In this document: positions 43,046 to 56,918 of the stretch, in pieces
Layout of the letters: each line of letters starts with the position of its first letter
Numbering within the stretch: position 1 is the stretch's first letter
DNA from: Antedon mediterranea
Taxonomy: Eukaryota > Animalia > Echinodermata
DNA length: 64,000 bases
NCBI RefSeq assembly: GCF_964355755.1
Contig: NC_092670.1
Coordinates: 7,864,201 to 7,928,200, forward strand
Direction of reading: 5' to 3'
The notes under the pieces: generated by a model
Databases searched by the model: none
Told to the model about the DNA's origin: nothing
The model's input: the letters and a program-made list of their open reading frames with translations, nothing else
Program-made: the position numbers and the translations under genes

Positions 43046-46000
43046 GTGGGTACCGTCGCAGTCACCGTGACTCAGTCAGTTCCTGTTTTTCTTCTTGTTC
43101 CGAGTCTTAAAGTAGAAGGTTGAAAATCGAAGATAGATGGCCCTCCAAAGGAGTGTGCATAATTTCATTATTTACATTGTCCCAGGTGCATTTTTCTTCA
43201 GCCTTGAACCATGTGAAAAAATATGCATTATAAATCTATATTATACTAAAATATGTTTAGCTGAGATCCTAACACCTAGCAAGTATACCTCTTGCTTACG
43301 TGATATAAATCGTATTATTATTAGTGTATGAATTCATCGCCAAGGGTACTTAGTAAATGTGTGTGCGCTATAAATCATAATTTTGAATATACAGTACTTC
43401 GAGTGCCAGTCTCAAATGTGTTGGTGGCTTACTATTTGAATTCTATTCAATTATGTGATTACTATAATATAACATTATCAAGATTTACTAATGTATTTGT
43501 GTTTAAAAATTCGTTTCACTATACGATGAAAATGTATGTTCTAAAATTGTTTGAATTATAATTGTGTATCATAATTCTCAATAATAGTAACACGTCAGTA
43601 ATTATAGTAAGAACGATGTGTCGGTCATGTTTATTAGAGGGCGGCATAATGATATTTACAATTTGTGACAAATGTAGGCCTAATAATGTTATTAACGAAA
43701 TCCGTGATTTCGGCTAAAGAAATGTTGATTTACACTATAATATACATCAACAGCACACATATACATACTATAATATATATCCCCAAAGAATGTTGCCATG
43801 TTTATAAAGCGATTTTACACAATCTGTAGATTGTTCCAAAGAAGTTAGAAAAAAATTATATTAGGCCTATGGGATTAGGCCATGTAAAAAAGTTGATGAT
43901 CGTCCTTTAAAAAAAGAGAAAGGGGATATGCACCATGGACAATATGTTATGCTTTGAGTATTGGTATTTTCATTTTTAACTTTAAAACATTCAAATTCTC
44001 GTAAATTACTACAACATACACATGATTTGAGCATGTTCTTTTACAAATATGACTTTTAATTCCAGTGAATTTCGCTATTTCAGTTCATCGACAAGAGAAA
44101 ATCTTCGTGGCCATATTTGAATGTAGAACGATCACCACATGTTCAGATGGTTTTAAGGTATGTTTTCAGTTTATCTTTGTCATAAAAAGTTGTCATTCGG
44201 TAAGCATTAATTGGTAATTGCGTCATCATTATCATCTTCATCATCATTAGGCTTAATCACAAAAAATACCGTAGTGTGGTCATCGTCAACCTTATCATTG
44301 TAGTATTAGCAGTAGATCACTATCTTTAATATTACAATATAACCGTTTTGTCGTGATCAACTGGTCATCGACATCTACAGATATAGAGAATCAAAAATAT
44401 AGGTAAAAGTTAAAAACGAATATTAAGAAACTTCTTTCGCGTATGTTGACATCTTATTTCATTGATGTATTAGGTCATTAAACTATTTAACCATAACAAT
44501 CCCATGTTTTACGGTATTTTTACTTTATTAACCGAAAATAACCTTCAGTAACCATTGGGTAATCCCATAAATTATAAAGAGGAATATTAACAAATCAATT
44601 ATAATGATATGGGTTTTACTCCTAATGTCGGTATCCGGTTTGTGGTTACTGACCACTCTCACGTTGACCGACATGGCCACGTGGAGAGGAATAATATCGA
44701 TTATAGATTATGTAACACCAAAACAGATAATGCACAAACATGTACATCCATTTTTTTTAATGACAATACGTTCCAAGCCGTTTACTAAGCCTCATCAAAA
44801 TAAACATGCATACTTAGGCCTTTAGCACTGTACTGTATATTTGAGAGACAGTGTGTTTCAAAAAATAAAATAAGTGTTTTATGTAGGCCTTATGCCTATA
44901 TTAATTTTTTTTAAAGGTAGCCCTAATTTATTTATATAACTATTTATATTTCAATGTTTAGGGGCTAAACTTTATTAGTTTTAACTATTATTTAGCTCTT
45001 CCCTTGACATAATTATTATTATTTGTATGTTACAATTTTTATAATTTATATTTATGGGTAAACAAAGGAAGAAAGAAAGAAAGACCGAAGCTGTGGAATG
45101 TCTGCTTCATTTAACTTGAATATACAGTAGTTATATTAAAATCATTAATAAGTCAAATTTCGGTTAAATGTTAAGTCATAATACAAGAGAATTGTATACT
45201 TACCATAGAAATTAAGATGAAGTAGGTCTACATTCTGTATTGACGTTAATGACCTTGAATTGTCAAAGAAATATTACTCTATTAACCTAATGAAATTTAA
45301 AATGTTAATTAGAACCTTACCACGGCTTAATCAGGTATTTTCTGTTATATTTACTTGTTTTGTGTTAATCCACCATCAAATCATCTCATCCATTGTATCG
45401 AATATTTGTGTTTTGCAGATCGTTATCTGTGTTTTAAATATTAAAAATACATACAAGGCAATTAAATTATGACGTCTTATGATAGCTAGAATGTTCATTC
45501 CAATATAATGCATTAGACCACTTTTTTTGTAGATGCAAGGCTATACAGTAGTAATAAATTATGTATATTAGCAATAGAAAAGTGATTATACTTTAGTGAC
45601 AATACTTTATACAAAAATAATACTCATCACATCATAATAATCGTTAAACCTTCGATTGTGAAATCTACATTTTTCTTGTATATCTAGGGTCTTATCTATT
45701 GAGTTGTGGAATGCAATAAAATACCGGTAACTGAATATTAATCCATGTTAAGGACAACATTGTTACTGCAGCCACATCCCCTTATTATATTGTGGTTCCA
45801 ATAAGGAAGCTAATATTGTTTGAATAATCGGTTTAACTTATTATTTTAACTATTATGCATGGATTACTTCCGATCTATATGTATACATTTCCTAATACCA
45901 GTCAAATAGATTATCTGTCAAACGTATTACTTAAAATTAAAGGAACACAAATAATTGGTATCGTTACGTTATTATACTCCAAACGATAGAGTAGGTCCAA

Positions 46001-46071
46001 TCTTCTTCGTAAAGGACCCAAGATATGGACCGAACGGAGAAAAGAGTGGACAAGTGAAATTTGTCTTGACA

Positions 46072-46310
46072 GAGTAAGATTTACTCTTGTAAGACTGAGA
46101 TTTACTCATGGAAGAGTGAGATTTACTCTTGGAAGAGTGATATTTACTCATGGAAGAGTGAGATTTACTCTTGGAAGAGTGAGATTTACTCTTGGAAGAG
46201 TGAGGTTTACTCTTGGAAGAGTGAAATTTACTCTTGGAAGAGTGAGATTTACTATTGGAAGAGTGTCGATATTTACTCAGGGAGAAGAGTAGGATTTACT
46301 CATGAAGAGT
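46072..46310. repeat. 21-bp minisatellite (gagtgagatttactcttggaa), ~10 copies
   Basis: Direct head-to-tail copies with no unique spacers. Confidence 0.95.
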
Positions 46311-46399
46311 AATAGGCTACTCAGTGAGGAGTGATTCATTCAAAGAAAAGTAAAAATACAGCCAAAACTATTATGAATAATTAATAATAAGTAAACAAT

Positions 46400-46620
46400 T
46401 ATACACAGAATGCGAATCATGATGTCAAAGCTGGTAAAATTCACCAGGACCAGATGTTTGTCCTACTCGGACGCGATTTTACTTTATGCTAAGTGCATTT
46501 AAAACATTTGCGAACAAATCCGCATGTATCTCGGGTGAGACTCGAACCCACGACCTCAAGATCTTGTCTCAGAGTAGGGCAAACATCTGAGCAATTACTC
46601 AACACCCTGACGCAAAGCGA
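46400..46620 (-). mobile_element. SINE-like element with Pol III B-box
   Basis: Minus strand gaggtcgtgGGTTCGAGTCtcacc is a tRNA T-arm/B-box (46539-46548), bracketed by an 18-bp inverted repeat (46451-46468 / 46572-46589). Confidence 0.5.
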
Positions 46621-48394
46621 ATCCAAGTAGTTATAAATACCGGTACAATTAATTATACGGGTTCTTATATTTGTAACATTGTTAAGTTACAAATATTATT
46701 GTTTCTTCAGTTTGTATCTTAACAGGTTCACTATAATTATTTCCAGCCGTTTGCCAAAAAAATTAACGGCTTACTGAAAATGTGTGATGACACTTTGATG
46801 TCAAGATGTGTTTGTTTAATATTAAAACAATCCAAATGAATTACAAATCAACTGTGTTTTCAGGTCTTTCTAGGAATTCAAGTTATTATTATATTGATCC
46901 AATTATGATACTAATTGAAATATGATTATTTTCAATATTCATAACTCGTCAAATAGAGGAAAAGTTCAACTGCAGTTCAACTTACAAAGTTAGGGTTAAG
47001 ATCAGGGAAAAGTGTAAGTTCACTCTTCCCTGGTTAAGATATAATACACGTCTTTCTGATTAGCTTCGATCAAATGAATATAAGTTCTGCGTAATACTTT
47101 CAGAGAGTGATAGAGGGCGTGCTATTTAATATTTTGGCGCATATTGAAGATAAAGTTAACTCGAGAATTCAATAAGGTTTTGTAAGGTCTCAAATATAAT
47201 ATTGAAAAAAATAGACATGATCTTGCAATGAGCAAAACGAATAATATATATATTTTGTTTGCCAATTAACATACAAACATATCTGAAATAAACAATTACA
47301 TAATATGGATTTCTACTATTTATAATATTTCTTTAATATTTCTTTAGCGAAATAATTACAAACTGTAACCGATTATACTTTATTGTGTTTTCTCGAAGAA
47401 GATCGGGTTGAAAAAAAAATTCCCCGCACTTTAATCATTTTAATTTCAATATATTACGATTGATGGATACGGACAGCTCAATGTTACAATTAAAGTCCGC
47501 CAATCCATTAAAGCTCTTAATGGACAATCTGAAAACCACTTCGAAGTACTTTTCTTGTTAAATTGATGTTTTGATGATTATTAAACGGATCTTTGGTCGT
47601 ATATATTTGAATAATTGAATAATTCTGTGTTAGGTATTAACATAAACATGAAATATATCGATTAAAAAGCACGTCAGATGCCAAATCAACAGGAAACAGA
47701 CAATAAGAAGTCACGTTCATATAACGAAGTAGGGATACGTTTCTTGTTTCTACCATTCTGGGATTCAAAAGATTAGTATTACGCATTTAGTGGGTTTTAT
47801 TTACTCCATGAGATATAACAAGTTACGTCACCCGGTCGAACTTCCGGGACGCGTTTTTAATCAGTTCGTATTGCGTGATTCTGATCAAAAGGCCTACACT
47901 CACCTGTAGACGATTAGATCGTGATGCTACAGAAAAGTCATGTAGGAAAAGTACTAAGTTTTACTTAGCATGTTTCTTTTGTGGACTTTTTACGACCCTA
48001 AAATATAACTGATATGTAGGCATAATGCTTATTACGGTTACGAGGTAGTGGTAATAATAAACCCATATTTTGAAGCGTGCATTTTCAAGCATGGGCAGAT
48101 TCGCTGCAAACCATGTTCAAAGATCTCCCCCGTATACGGTAGCCCTTCTGGAACAAGTCTTACTTTTGAGGTGGAAGTGGAGGTCCAATTTACCTATCGT
48201 GTGCACTTTAAACACCCAGTGCCTTTTTTCGGAAGAGAAGGAGGGCCTAGGGGTGTTAACATCTGGTTGTTGACAGCCATTTGGTGGAAACACAGGGGAG
48301 ATGAAAGTAGTTGTATTTATTCCATTTGGTTCACGGCTTGGTTGTCTTATTATTTGCTTTGAATGGGACATTTAACTGTTGGCACAGTAGGTCT

Positions 48395-48545
48395 ATTATT
48401 TATTTATTTATTTATTTATTCAACCATATTTCAAGAGGGTGAACCAGCCAGCGGAAGCTGATTTTGAAGGGGCCCTCAACAATACGACATAAAAATATTA
48501 CAAGTAAAAAATATATATTTATTTCTTTCAATAAAAATAAAAATT
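48395..48545 (-). mobile_element. L2/CR1-type LINE 3' tail
   Basis: Minus strand gagggccccttcaaaatcagcttccgctggctggttcaccctc (stem-loop) followed by ttgaataaat(aaat)n, as is typical of L2-clade 3' ends. Confidence 0.65.
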
Positions 48546-49980
48546 TCCTGGGCGTACAATACCAGATAACAGTTAAACTTAAAATCGGTTTTGAATAACG
48601 GTGGATTGTACATGACACGTTATGACACAGTTTGAACGACTCTTACGCACTATGTCCAATGTGCAACTATTGCAACATAATAGCGCCCTCGTCCACGATT
48701 AGAAATGTTTGCAAATAACTATAGAAAAAAATCGAATTTTCCATCATTCTAAGAACTGACATTATTGATTTTCTAAAACTATAATACGTAATAAGAATAC
48801 ACCGTAAGCCTAACATAAAGTTCAATTTATGTATACCACATTAATATGTGCCTCTAAGTATGAATTTCTTAGAACATGGTAAATACTAACTGAAAGTGGG
48901 AGGATAGCTCAGGGAAAACATAATAGTTCGATGCACTGAGCGTATACGACACTGGCACGAATGATATAATCCGGTTGTGTAGGTCTTGTTTTTGGAGCAC
49001 ATCCAACCACCTATTTCCTATATAACATGTTGTTCATATTAACCATAATTCTATATTATATATCAATAATGTGCACAATATCCAGGAGAGTGTGGTATAG
49101 TTATTAATTATTAGTATACATTGTATACATTTTTAGAAACAACTATGTCAATGTGCGTTAAATTAAACTACTGTATAGGCCTATAATTATGATTATTCAA
49201 TATTATCGCCAAATACGGCAATTGGTGAATCAAATTAATTTTGTATACATAAATGAAAGTATCACTTTACAGCCTGAAATGGATGTTTTTCAAAGAAAAT
49301 TTCTAAAGAGAGTAATAGGTATCAGCTGTATTGAATGTAGAATATTAATTTTAAAAAAAAGAGGATTTGTAAAAAAGAACAGGAGAAATTGAGTGGCGAG
49401 TAAGGAAATAAAGAAAATAAGGATAACATGGTATGGTCATATGCTTCGGTTAATGATCGCATTAAAGAGGCTTATAGCAAAAGATCAAAACATTCAGAGA
49501 GAAAAAAACGCGGATCTTTTGGCCTACTTGCTCAAAAACACAGGTGAGACGCGCTTTGTCTAACGACGACTGCGTTTAGGAGGAATACATAAATACAAGC
49601 TTTACCTAAATGTAACGTAAAATAGCTCTACATAGTTGTGTAAACAATTGTTTGTTGTATGGAATTAATTTGATGAAAATAAATGTTTGTTGAGTTGAAT
49701 ATCGAAAACGCTGATTGCCAATTAATGTGAAGATGGAATGAACTTTGACTTCAACTTTCACCCATTCCTTGACGTTAGAAATATATTTACCCCTAATGCG
49801 TGCACCTGTGTGACATAATTATGCATACGATCTCAAAAGTGGTATCTGATGACTTCAGAACGATTACTAATACTGTACATTCAAGACAAGTTAAATGGAA
49901 GCTATGATTGTATATCAGGACTAAAACCATCTTAAGGATTACAAATATTATAATTTCACTGAGATTACCAACAACGGCTA

Positions 49981-50852
49981 CTAAAGTAATGCCCTGGGAC
50001 TTATCACGCTGTCATCACCCCTGTAGTTTGCATACGTGCCTGGATATTTCAACTTAGGGCAGCTAGCGAACTCTGAAATGAAAGAAAAATGGACACGAAA
50101 CCCTAAATACAACTGTTGAAGAGTGAAAATACAAGTTAAATCTTCCCTGGTAGGACATGCAAAAGTGGCCAAAATATTATGGCGCATATGGCACCGATAT
50201 TTTCGGTTACCTTTTGACGGATCTATAATAACGAGTCTAGCTGTCTCTACCATAACGTGATCTACAGCTGCGGGGCCACAGATATTAGATGACGCATTGT
50301 TACAATTAAACATCTCGAAATTTTCTGTAAATTTGTTAGGCATACTATTCGAACCACAATGAAGCATTACCGGGTAAACCCGACCCTAAATAATTTGATA
50401 CAATTTTGAATGAGCTCTGTTAGTTTGTGTTTATATTCAACTTATTTCAATCTTCGCATCAAAATGGAGAAATGTTTTCAAGTTATAATTCCGAATGTCT
50501 CCCTCTTGCGACTTACCAAGGTTGAATTCTTCGGCATTATACAGGAGTGTCTAGACAAGTCACGTGGGTAAAATACCTTTATAATACTTTACGAGTATAA
50601 TACATGTCATTATTATATATTGATAGAAATATCATTATTTTACAGCAAATCCTATCTAGATAACAATCTTTTATATAATGATGTAGATATACTTGTAATG
50701 CGTATGCTACTCAAATGTAAACCTAATGGTAGGCCTACTTAACTAACCTTTGGAATGGTCTGAATTGAAGCACTAATAACAGAAATATTTAAGGATTACC
50801 GGTCCAAACCGCACATTCCATGCTAGCACACTGGCCACTTCCTTCGCAAACA
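49981..50852 (-). CDS. Putative 3' exons of an unidentified gene (50852-50800, 50550-50517, 50324-50211, 50072-49981)
   Basis: GT-AG sites give consistent phases (0, 1, 1). Spliced peptide: FAKEVASVLAWNVRFGP|TLLYNAEEFNL|ENFEMFNCNNASSNICGPAAVDHVMVETARLVIIDPSK|EFASCPKLKYPGTYANYRGDDSVISPRALL*. Strong acceptor tttctttcatttcag and donor gtaagt; the first acceptor (aag) is weak. No family recognised. Confidence 0.45.
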
Positions 50853-53800
50853 CTTAACAGGTAACAAGTCATACTTGAGCACGCGACATGTTCTCTATTT
50901 CCGAATATTCAGCAGGTTTTTTTTCAAAAATACCGAATTTAATAACCGGTACCGGTCACCAGTATCAAACAGACTGACCAAATGACCATGACAATTACCA
51001 AACAGGATATCAGGCTTATCAAATTACCGACAATTGACAAAGCATTGTGAAATGTAAAATCTGGCGGTGACTTTGGTAAAAATAATGATTTCGGCTGGAA
51101 AATTCGATTCACAAAAAAGAAAACTATATTCGTATGTACTTATCTTTGAATTCATTGGAATGTTCTTATTCTGTATACCTTTTTCTTTTGTACAAAATAT
51201 ATTTATTGCAACATTTGAATAGAGTTTAAGTTTAACAAAAACAATTCAGAATCAAGCAAGTTATTTATAAGTTAGGGAATTTGTCTATTTGCAGATCAGT
51301 ATGGTGTTTAAAGTAAATGTTGGTGTTCTAAGGTTACCAACGTTTTTAGTATTGAAATATTGCACGTTTAGAGAAATTACTATAAGTAGGTGGCAGGGAA
51401 TGTGAAATACAACTTTCAGTATATATGCCTTCCTTACTATCATTATATTTACTATTTTTAATTAGTTATTTTGTTTATAATTTGTACAATGAAAAAACAG
51501 CATCTGTCACTTAAAATATATACCTTACTTCAATGTATTATAGATGCTTCCTACTTTTTTAATTATAGTTTTTAAAGCTTAGAATTTTACAGATTTTATT
51601 CGATTTTTTCTCTTGGTTTGGTTACTTACAACTAGGAATATTATTTTGTGATGAATTGATGAACTGGTAATGAAGATAAATTTTAAACCAAATTCATTTA
51701 AAGGATTCACTTTTGACATCTGGGATTTAGGCCTATAACAGAGATTTTACAAACATGGAGAAATACGTTACGGTAAAATAGGCCTATATTTCTCCATGGT
51801 TAAAGCATGTAGAAATAAGTTAAGCCTAACTCATTATTTCTCCATGATTAAAAAGTAAACCACCAAAAGACCATGAACGGGTGAAATCGGTTCATCTTTA
51901 ACTCCGGTGGTTCCGCTGAATGAGCACATGTTGACCGAGTTACTGGGCGTAACTTTTTTTTTTCTTTTTTATTGTACACAAACACATTTCAAAAGAGAAT
52001 ATAAGTCCGCTATGACTGTGTGGCTATAAACGTAATATTTTCTAATGATTAAGAATGATGATTAGTTATTTTAACTCATAATTGACGTATACTCCACCGG
52101 GCGTAAGCGGGAACGCACATTTCCCGATGTACTGACGTTTAAAAACCCCATTTGAAATTCGTTATACCTCCTTGGCGAACTATTGCTTAACTGAATTAAC
52201 GTCTTCCAAGTAGTACTATGTAAATTCGGAAAAGTTTTGAGAGTTTTGCTGTTATTTACTATTACGTTTGATCGTGTCTCGTATTTCTGTTGTTATACCA
52301 TGGTAATAGCTTGAAGGTTGAAGAAGTACGATATGTGTCATTTGTGGTTGTGTGGGGGAAGTCCTGGTATCAATCGTTAATGATATAATATGAAAGCAAA
52401 TTAAAAAGTCATTAGAGAAAGCTTACAGTTGCTTCAACGGATAAATACATTTTTAGAGCTGTATACACAAGCAGAAGAAGCGCCACCAGTATTCACGTAA
52501 TGCATCAGTGATTTTGGACACCGGACGCCGACGACCAATGAACGAATCAGCTGCTCCCTCCAAGGAGAAAGAAAATCACGCGGTATTATTAAACACCATT
52601 AGCGGAGCACCGCGAATGGCTTACTGTACACATTGCGTTAGATACGACACCGCCATTATGGACGTATCAATGTTTGACACAATGAGATGTTTGTTTTTCT
52701 GAAATGTTTGAATTACTATAATTGATAATTCACAAAATAAACATGTTAATGGCAAACACAAATGAACAGCACAATACGTATCAACTGTGGTTCTACGATT
52801 TGAGCCTAGAATGTTTCAACTCATCGACTGATAAATACACTGACCTCAAAACCGATTATTTCAATTAGATTATTTCAAATGATACTGTTTCCGATGCTGT
52901 TTTATGCAAGGTGACTGAACTTGGTGCAGATCTAGAGACTAGTCAAACTGTCATAAAGAGTGAACGACGGCCTAGCTATAAACACTTAAAATTAAAATCA
53001 ATCATTAATGATAACGTCTATTAACCGTAATGTATTTGCGACATGGTATTGTTTTTGATTTAGTTCTTTTTTATTATAATTCTGGGTTTAAGATTACGGG
53101 ATTTGGCAGTCCTGTTATTAATCGTGCCTGGATTCTTTTTTTACGCATGCGCAGTTAATATATATCTGTCTACATTTGAACAATTGAAGACCATGTGATA
53201 ACAGGAATAGATCTCTAGGTTTACTGAACCACTGCATTCAATTTTCCAATATACTGCAGTTATTGGTCAAAAGCTGTCATATTATATGTACCAGATGTAA
53301 AAGTACATTGGTCTTAGTTTGTTTTGAAGCTTCAGTAACAAAATAATATGATATAGTTTAACTTAACATTTTGCACTATTGTTTTCAAAATAGTATTATT
53401 TTCCCAGTTGTTCATATTCAGATTTTCATTTTAGTGGGGAAAATAAGCTATATATCTAGTTAATGTAGGCCGACGCCTACACATTGCGTGTCCGGTAGTT
53501 ATATTCAGGGTAGGCCTATGGATTAGTTCGTATTCCGTAGCTTTAGTGTGGCCCAAGTAAGCTTCATATAGCTGATTAACTTTTTGTTGTGGTTGGCTAG
53601 ATCCCAGACAATATTATTACATTAAAGAACATGGCAGAAATAATGTAACGTGTTTTTTTAGAATGAAATTTATTTTCTCGTGTGTTTGTAAAGTGGACAC
53701 AGTGGTTGCGCCAGGCTGGGTTTGCCCTTGTGGATGTACTACAAAATTATGTTTCAGCAGTATAGTAGGCCTACTTGAACTACCATTTGGTCAAAGCATA

Positions 53801-54512
53801 CGAATCTAGTTAAAGTAGTGAACTGAATATCAATTTCTTATTTTTCTGCAACGAAGATAGACCTCCCACAATCCACCACTGGGTCATTTACAAACATGAT
53901 TACCACGTTATAAGAACATTCAGAAAATATTTCTGATCAGTCCTCCACATTGCATCGTTTAGGCCTACTATAGTCATTTCTTAAAGACCAGCTACAACCG
54001 TAGCAGAATGTACTGAGCACTTAGGTCAGTGCACGACTAAATCTTCCTCCCCATCCATTTACCTTCTTTAGGCCTAATTTCCTTCTTTCATAATCCAGGT
54101 CTCGTTTTTCATCATTAGCTTCTAAGGACATTCTAATTATCTATACCATATTTTTAATGTTTATGTTACCGCAGGCTAGTTAGTGGAGAATGAAAGATCG
54201 CAGATATAACTTTTTTACACCTATTAATTAACGGAAATTTGATTAATTACTTTCTTGAAGACTTTCCGATGCATCACATCACGTGACGTCATGGTGATGA
54301 GTTGAATAAACCCGAAGTATATAATTAATGTTATCTGAATAAAATAATTATGACTTAAAATATTTTTATAATTAAATTGTAAGGCCTATTTGTCAAATCT
54401 TGAAATATGTAAATAAAAAAAATACAGAATATCGTTCTTATTTACGTGTAGGTCTAATGGTTGGATTGACATACCAGTAGACCTACAGTACAGCTAATAA
54501 TTACTGCTTCGT

Positions 54513-54760
54513 TCCCACGCGTAACCTTTCGTAGCCCACGCGTGGGGCATTGTTGAACCTACGATGTATTGTCTTTTGATCGCGATCCCACGCGCTCCCA
54601 CGAAGGCCATTGTTTTTTTATCGCGATTCTAGGAGAGGTATTGTTCTTTGATCGCATTCCCACGCGCTCCCACGAGCTCCCACGAAAGGCATTATATTTT
54701 GATTGTGATTCTACGAAACGAATTGTTTCTTGATTGCGTTTCCACGCGGTCCCACGAACG
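54513..54760. repeat. Left subterminal array of CCCACGCG / CCCACGAA motifs
   Basis: cccacgcgtaa, cccacgcgtgg, cccacgcgctcccacgaagg, cccacgcgctcccacgagctcccacgaaagg and tccacgcggtcccacgaacg, partly within ~70-bp repeated units. Confidence 0.85.
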
Positions 54761-55026
54761 TGTTTTTGGGGTGAAGATTCTATTGTGTGTGTCATTAGTG
54801 TAGATGGCTAGGCGAGGAGATCTGTATACAACATACGTACTACAGGATACCTTTATGTAGCCTACGGACGATCAGGCATTAACCTCGCGTCGTATAGCCG
54901 TTTGTTTTTTTAATGAGCTAATGAGTATATTTTAACGTAGTTGCAATTTAAAATGACGGGAATTAGGCTACAAATACAGTATATTTAGGCCTGCACGTTT
55001 TATCGTCATAACATTTGATATGATAA

Positions 55027-56428
55027 CAGAGGTCCCAACTTCGGAAAGTCCATTCGCAGGAGATTTTGTCGTGAACCACATTCAATTCGTCGGGGCGTCG
55101 AAAGTCAACGCGCGGGGAATCGAAAATCAACAAGCGTCGTTTACGTCTGTTAATTAACTAAATATGTTACATATAGGCCTAGTACAATATTTACACATAA
55201 GTTGGCTTAATTTTTACATAGGTTTATCCATCAGTATTTTTACATTCTTATTTTTTTTTGGACACATCCTCAGTACAAAGAATTTAAAAAATACATACTG
55301 TATTTTAACTAAAATTCAGTATATAAAATAATTTAACTTAATTACATAATGTACAATATTTACGCATGATAGTATATTGCCCAATAGAATTTACTCATTT
55401 TTTTAGGCACAGGCCTAGGCCTTTAGGGCTTCTACTAGGCCCTAGCTAGCTACCATTTTTAAACCCAAAAACAATCGAAATAACTATTTATTCCGTCTTA
55501 TGCTACATTACGCGAGTTAACATATTATTTCAGATGAAAAACATTGAGTTTTATATTGTTTTATCCATACGTAATTACACATTAAAATGTAGGCCGTTTT
55601 ATGAGCTATTTCGCCGATTTCTTATCGCTGGGAAATTCCCCACCAGCGACATCGATCGATCGAAGAGTAGGCCTAGGCTAGAGAGGCCAAGCGTGCATGC
55701 CGGAACAGGTGGATTATTGCTATATAAATAACAAGTTTTAACAAAAGAGCTTACGACAATCTTAGGTAAATTTTTATTAAACGTAGGCCTACTTGCTTGG
55801 CGAATTCATGCCTTTACAAAAACCAAATAAAACACCGCCTCAACAACCTCGTGCGATGTGCGATTTGTTCTTTGCATGCAGCGGATCAACATTGGTAGAG
55901 TCCATTAATTATGAGGGTGTTTAAAAATGTAATAACTATTCAAAACGTGTCTGAACCACTGTGTAATCAAAGCGTTTATTTAGTTAAAACTTGGATCCTC
56001 CCAAAATTGATAATCACGTATTCCGGTTACCACGTGATTAATTCACGGTTGGTTGCACGCTTCTTTTTTTTACATGTCGTCCCGCGTGTAGTACCGTGCA
56101 TGTTTATATTTATCGCGGCGTTATATTATTGTTACGGTTTTAACAAAGGCAGTGCATACAAATAATAAATACAATAATAGACCACGGAGACTGCATGAAT
56201 AGACATTGTTTCAACATCGTGCCTCACTTTTGTCTGGTTATTGACTATTGTTGAACCTGGGCTGAGCCTGGGTGTAACTGTAAATCAATTTGGTCAAAAA
56301 TATGGGGAAATTTGAAAATGCGGTAAAAAAATCAAAATGCGGTAGAAAACGTCAAGATAGCGGTAGCGCGGTAGATGGGTACTAAAAGCGGTAGACTACC
56401 GCGAGTAGCGGTAGACTTGGGACCCCTG
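55027..56428. mobile_element. Nested non-autonomous hAT-like element (1402 bp) with 6-bp TSD
   Basis: TIRs CAGAGGTCCCAA / TTGGGACCCCTG; TGATAA duplicated at 55021-55026 and 56429-56434; right subterminal GCGGTAG repeats (56320-56415); no credible ORF. Confidence 0.8.
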
Positions 56429-56918
56429 TGATAAATAATTATAGGCCTAGACCTATTCCCATGTAGACTTTGTAGTTGTGAACTTTGTCCTATTACTCCT
56501 TAGGAGGTTGACACTGACATTTGTATCATGGCTGGTGTTTCTAAATGATTCGTTTCGTTTATTTATTTGACCAGAATAATATCAATATAATAACATACAA
56601 AACACCAAATGGGTAATATTCGGGGAAATTTTTTAAACAAAAAATAAACTGAAAAATTAATGTAATGCATGTTTTAAAAAGTCAATCATGATTTTCCTCG
56701 ATAAGCGTACAGTATAATTGTTACATTTACGCCAAATATGTAAGGGTAAATCAATGTGTATTATTAGTCATTACAGTCATTGTTAATATCTATTGAAATT
56801 TAAATTATCTATTGAAATGCGGAGTACAATCATGTTAGTTAACTCCCTAATAATGCACTGTAATTGCTGTCATTTATCATTTCTGGTCAGTTGTAAGCAT
56901 ACGTTCATTCCATTTATA

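Noticed and set aside
46072-46310. Regular 21-bp repeats resembling a CRISPR array
   Set aside because: Head-to-tail units without unique spacers, no cas genes and eukaryotic context: a minisatellite.
48048-48371. Three overlapping ORFs in a slightly GC-richer patch
   Set aside because: No recognisable domain or consistent splice pattern; possibly a decayed repeat next to the LINE tail.
51860-52200. Further upstream exons of the 50-kb gene
   Set aside because: Open segments exist, but donor sites are weak and phases could not be joined confidently.
56793-56918. N-terminal extension of the transposase ORF
   Set aside because: Tc1-like sequence starts at MSKTP (56919); the upstream part holds Inr-like TCAGTT/TCATTC and looks like promoter or UTR.
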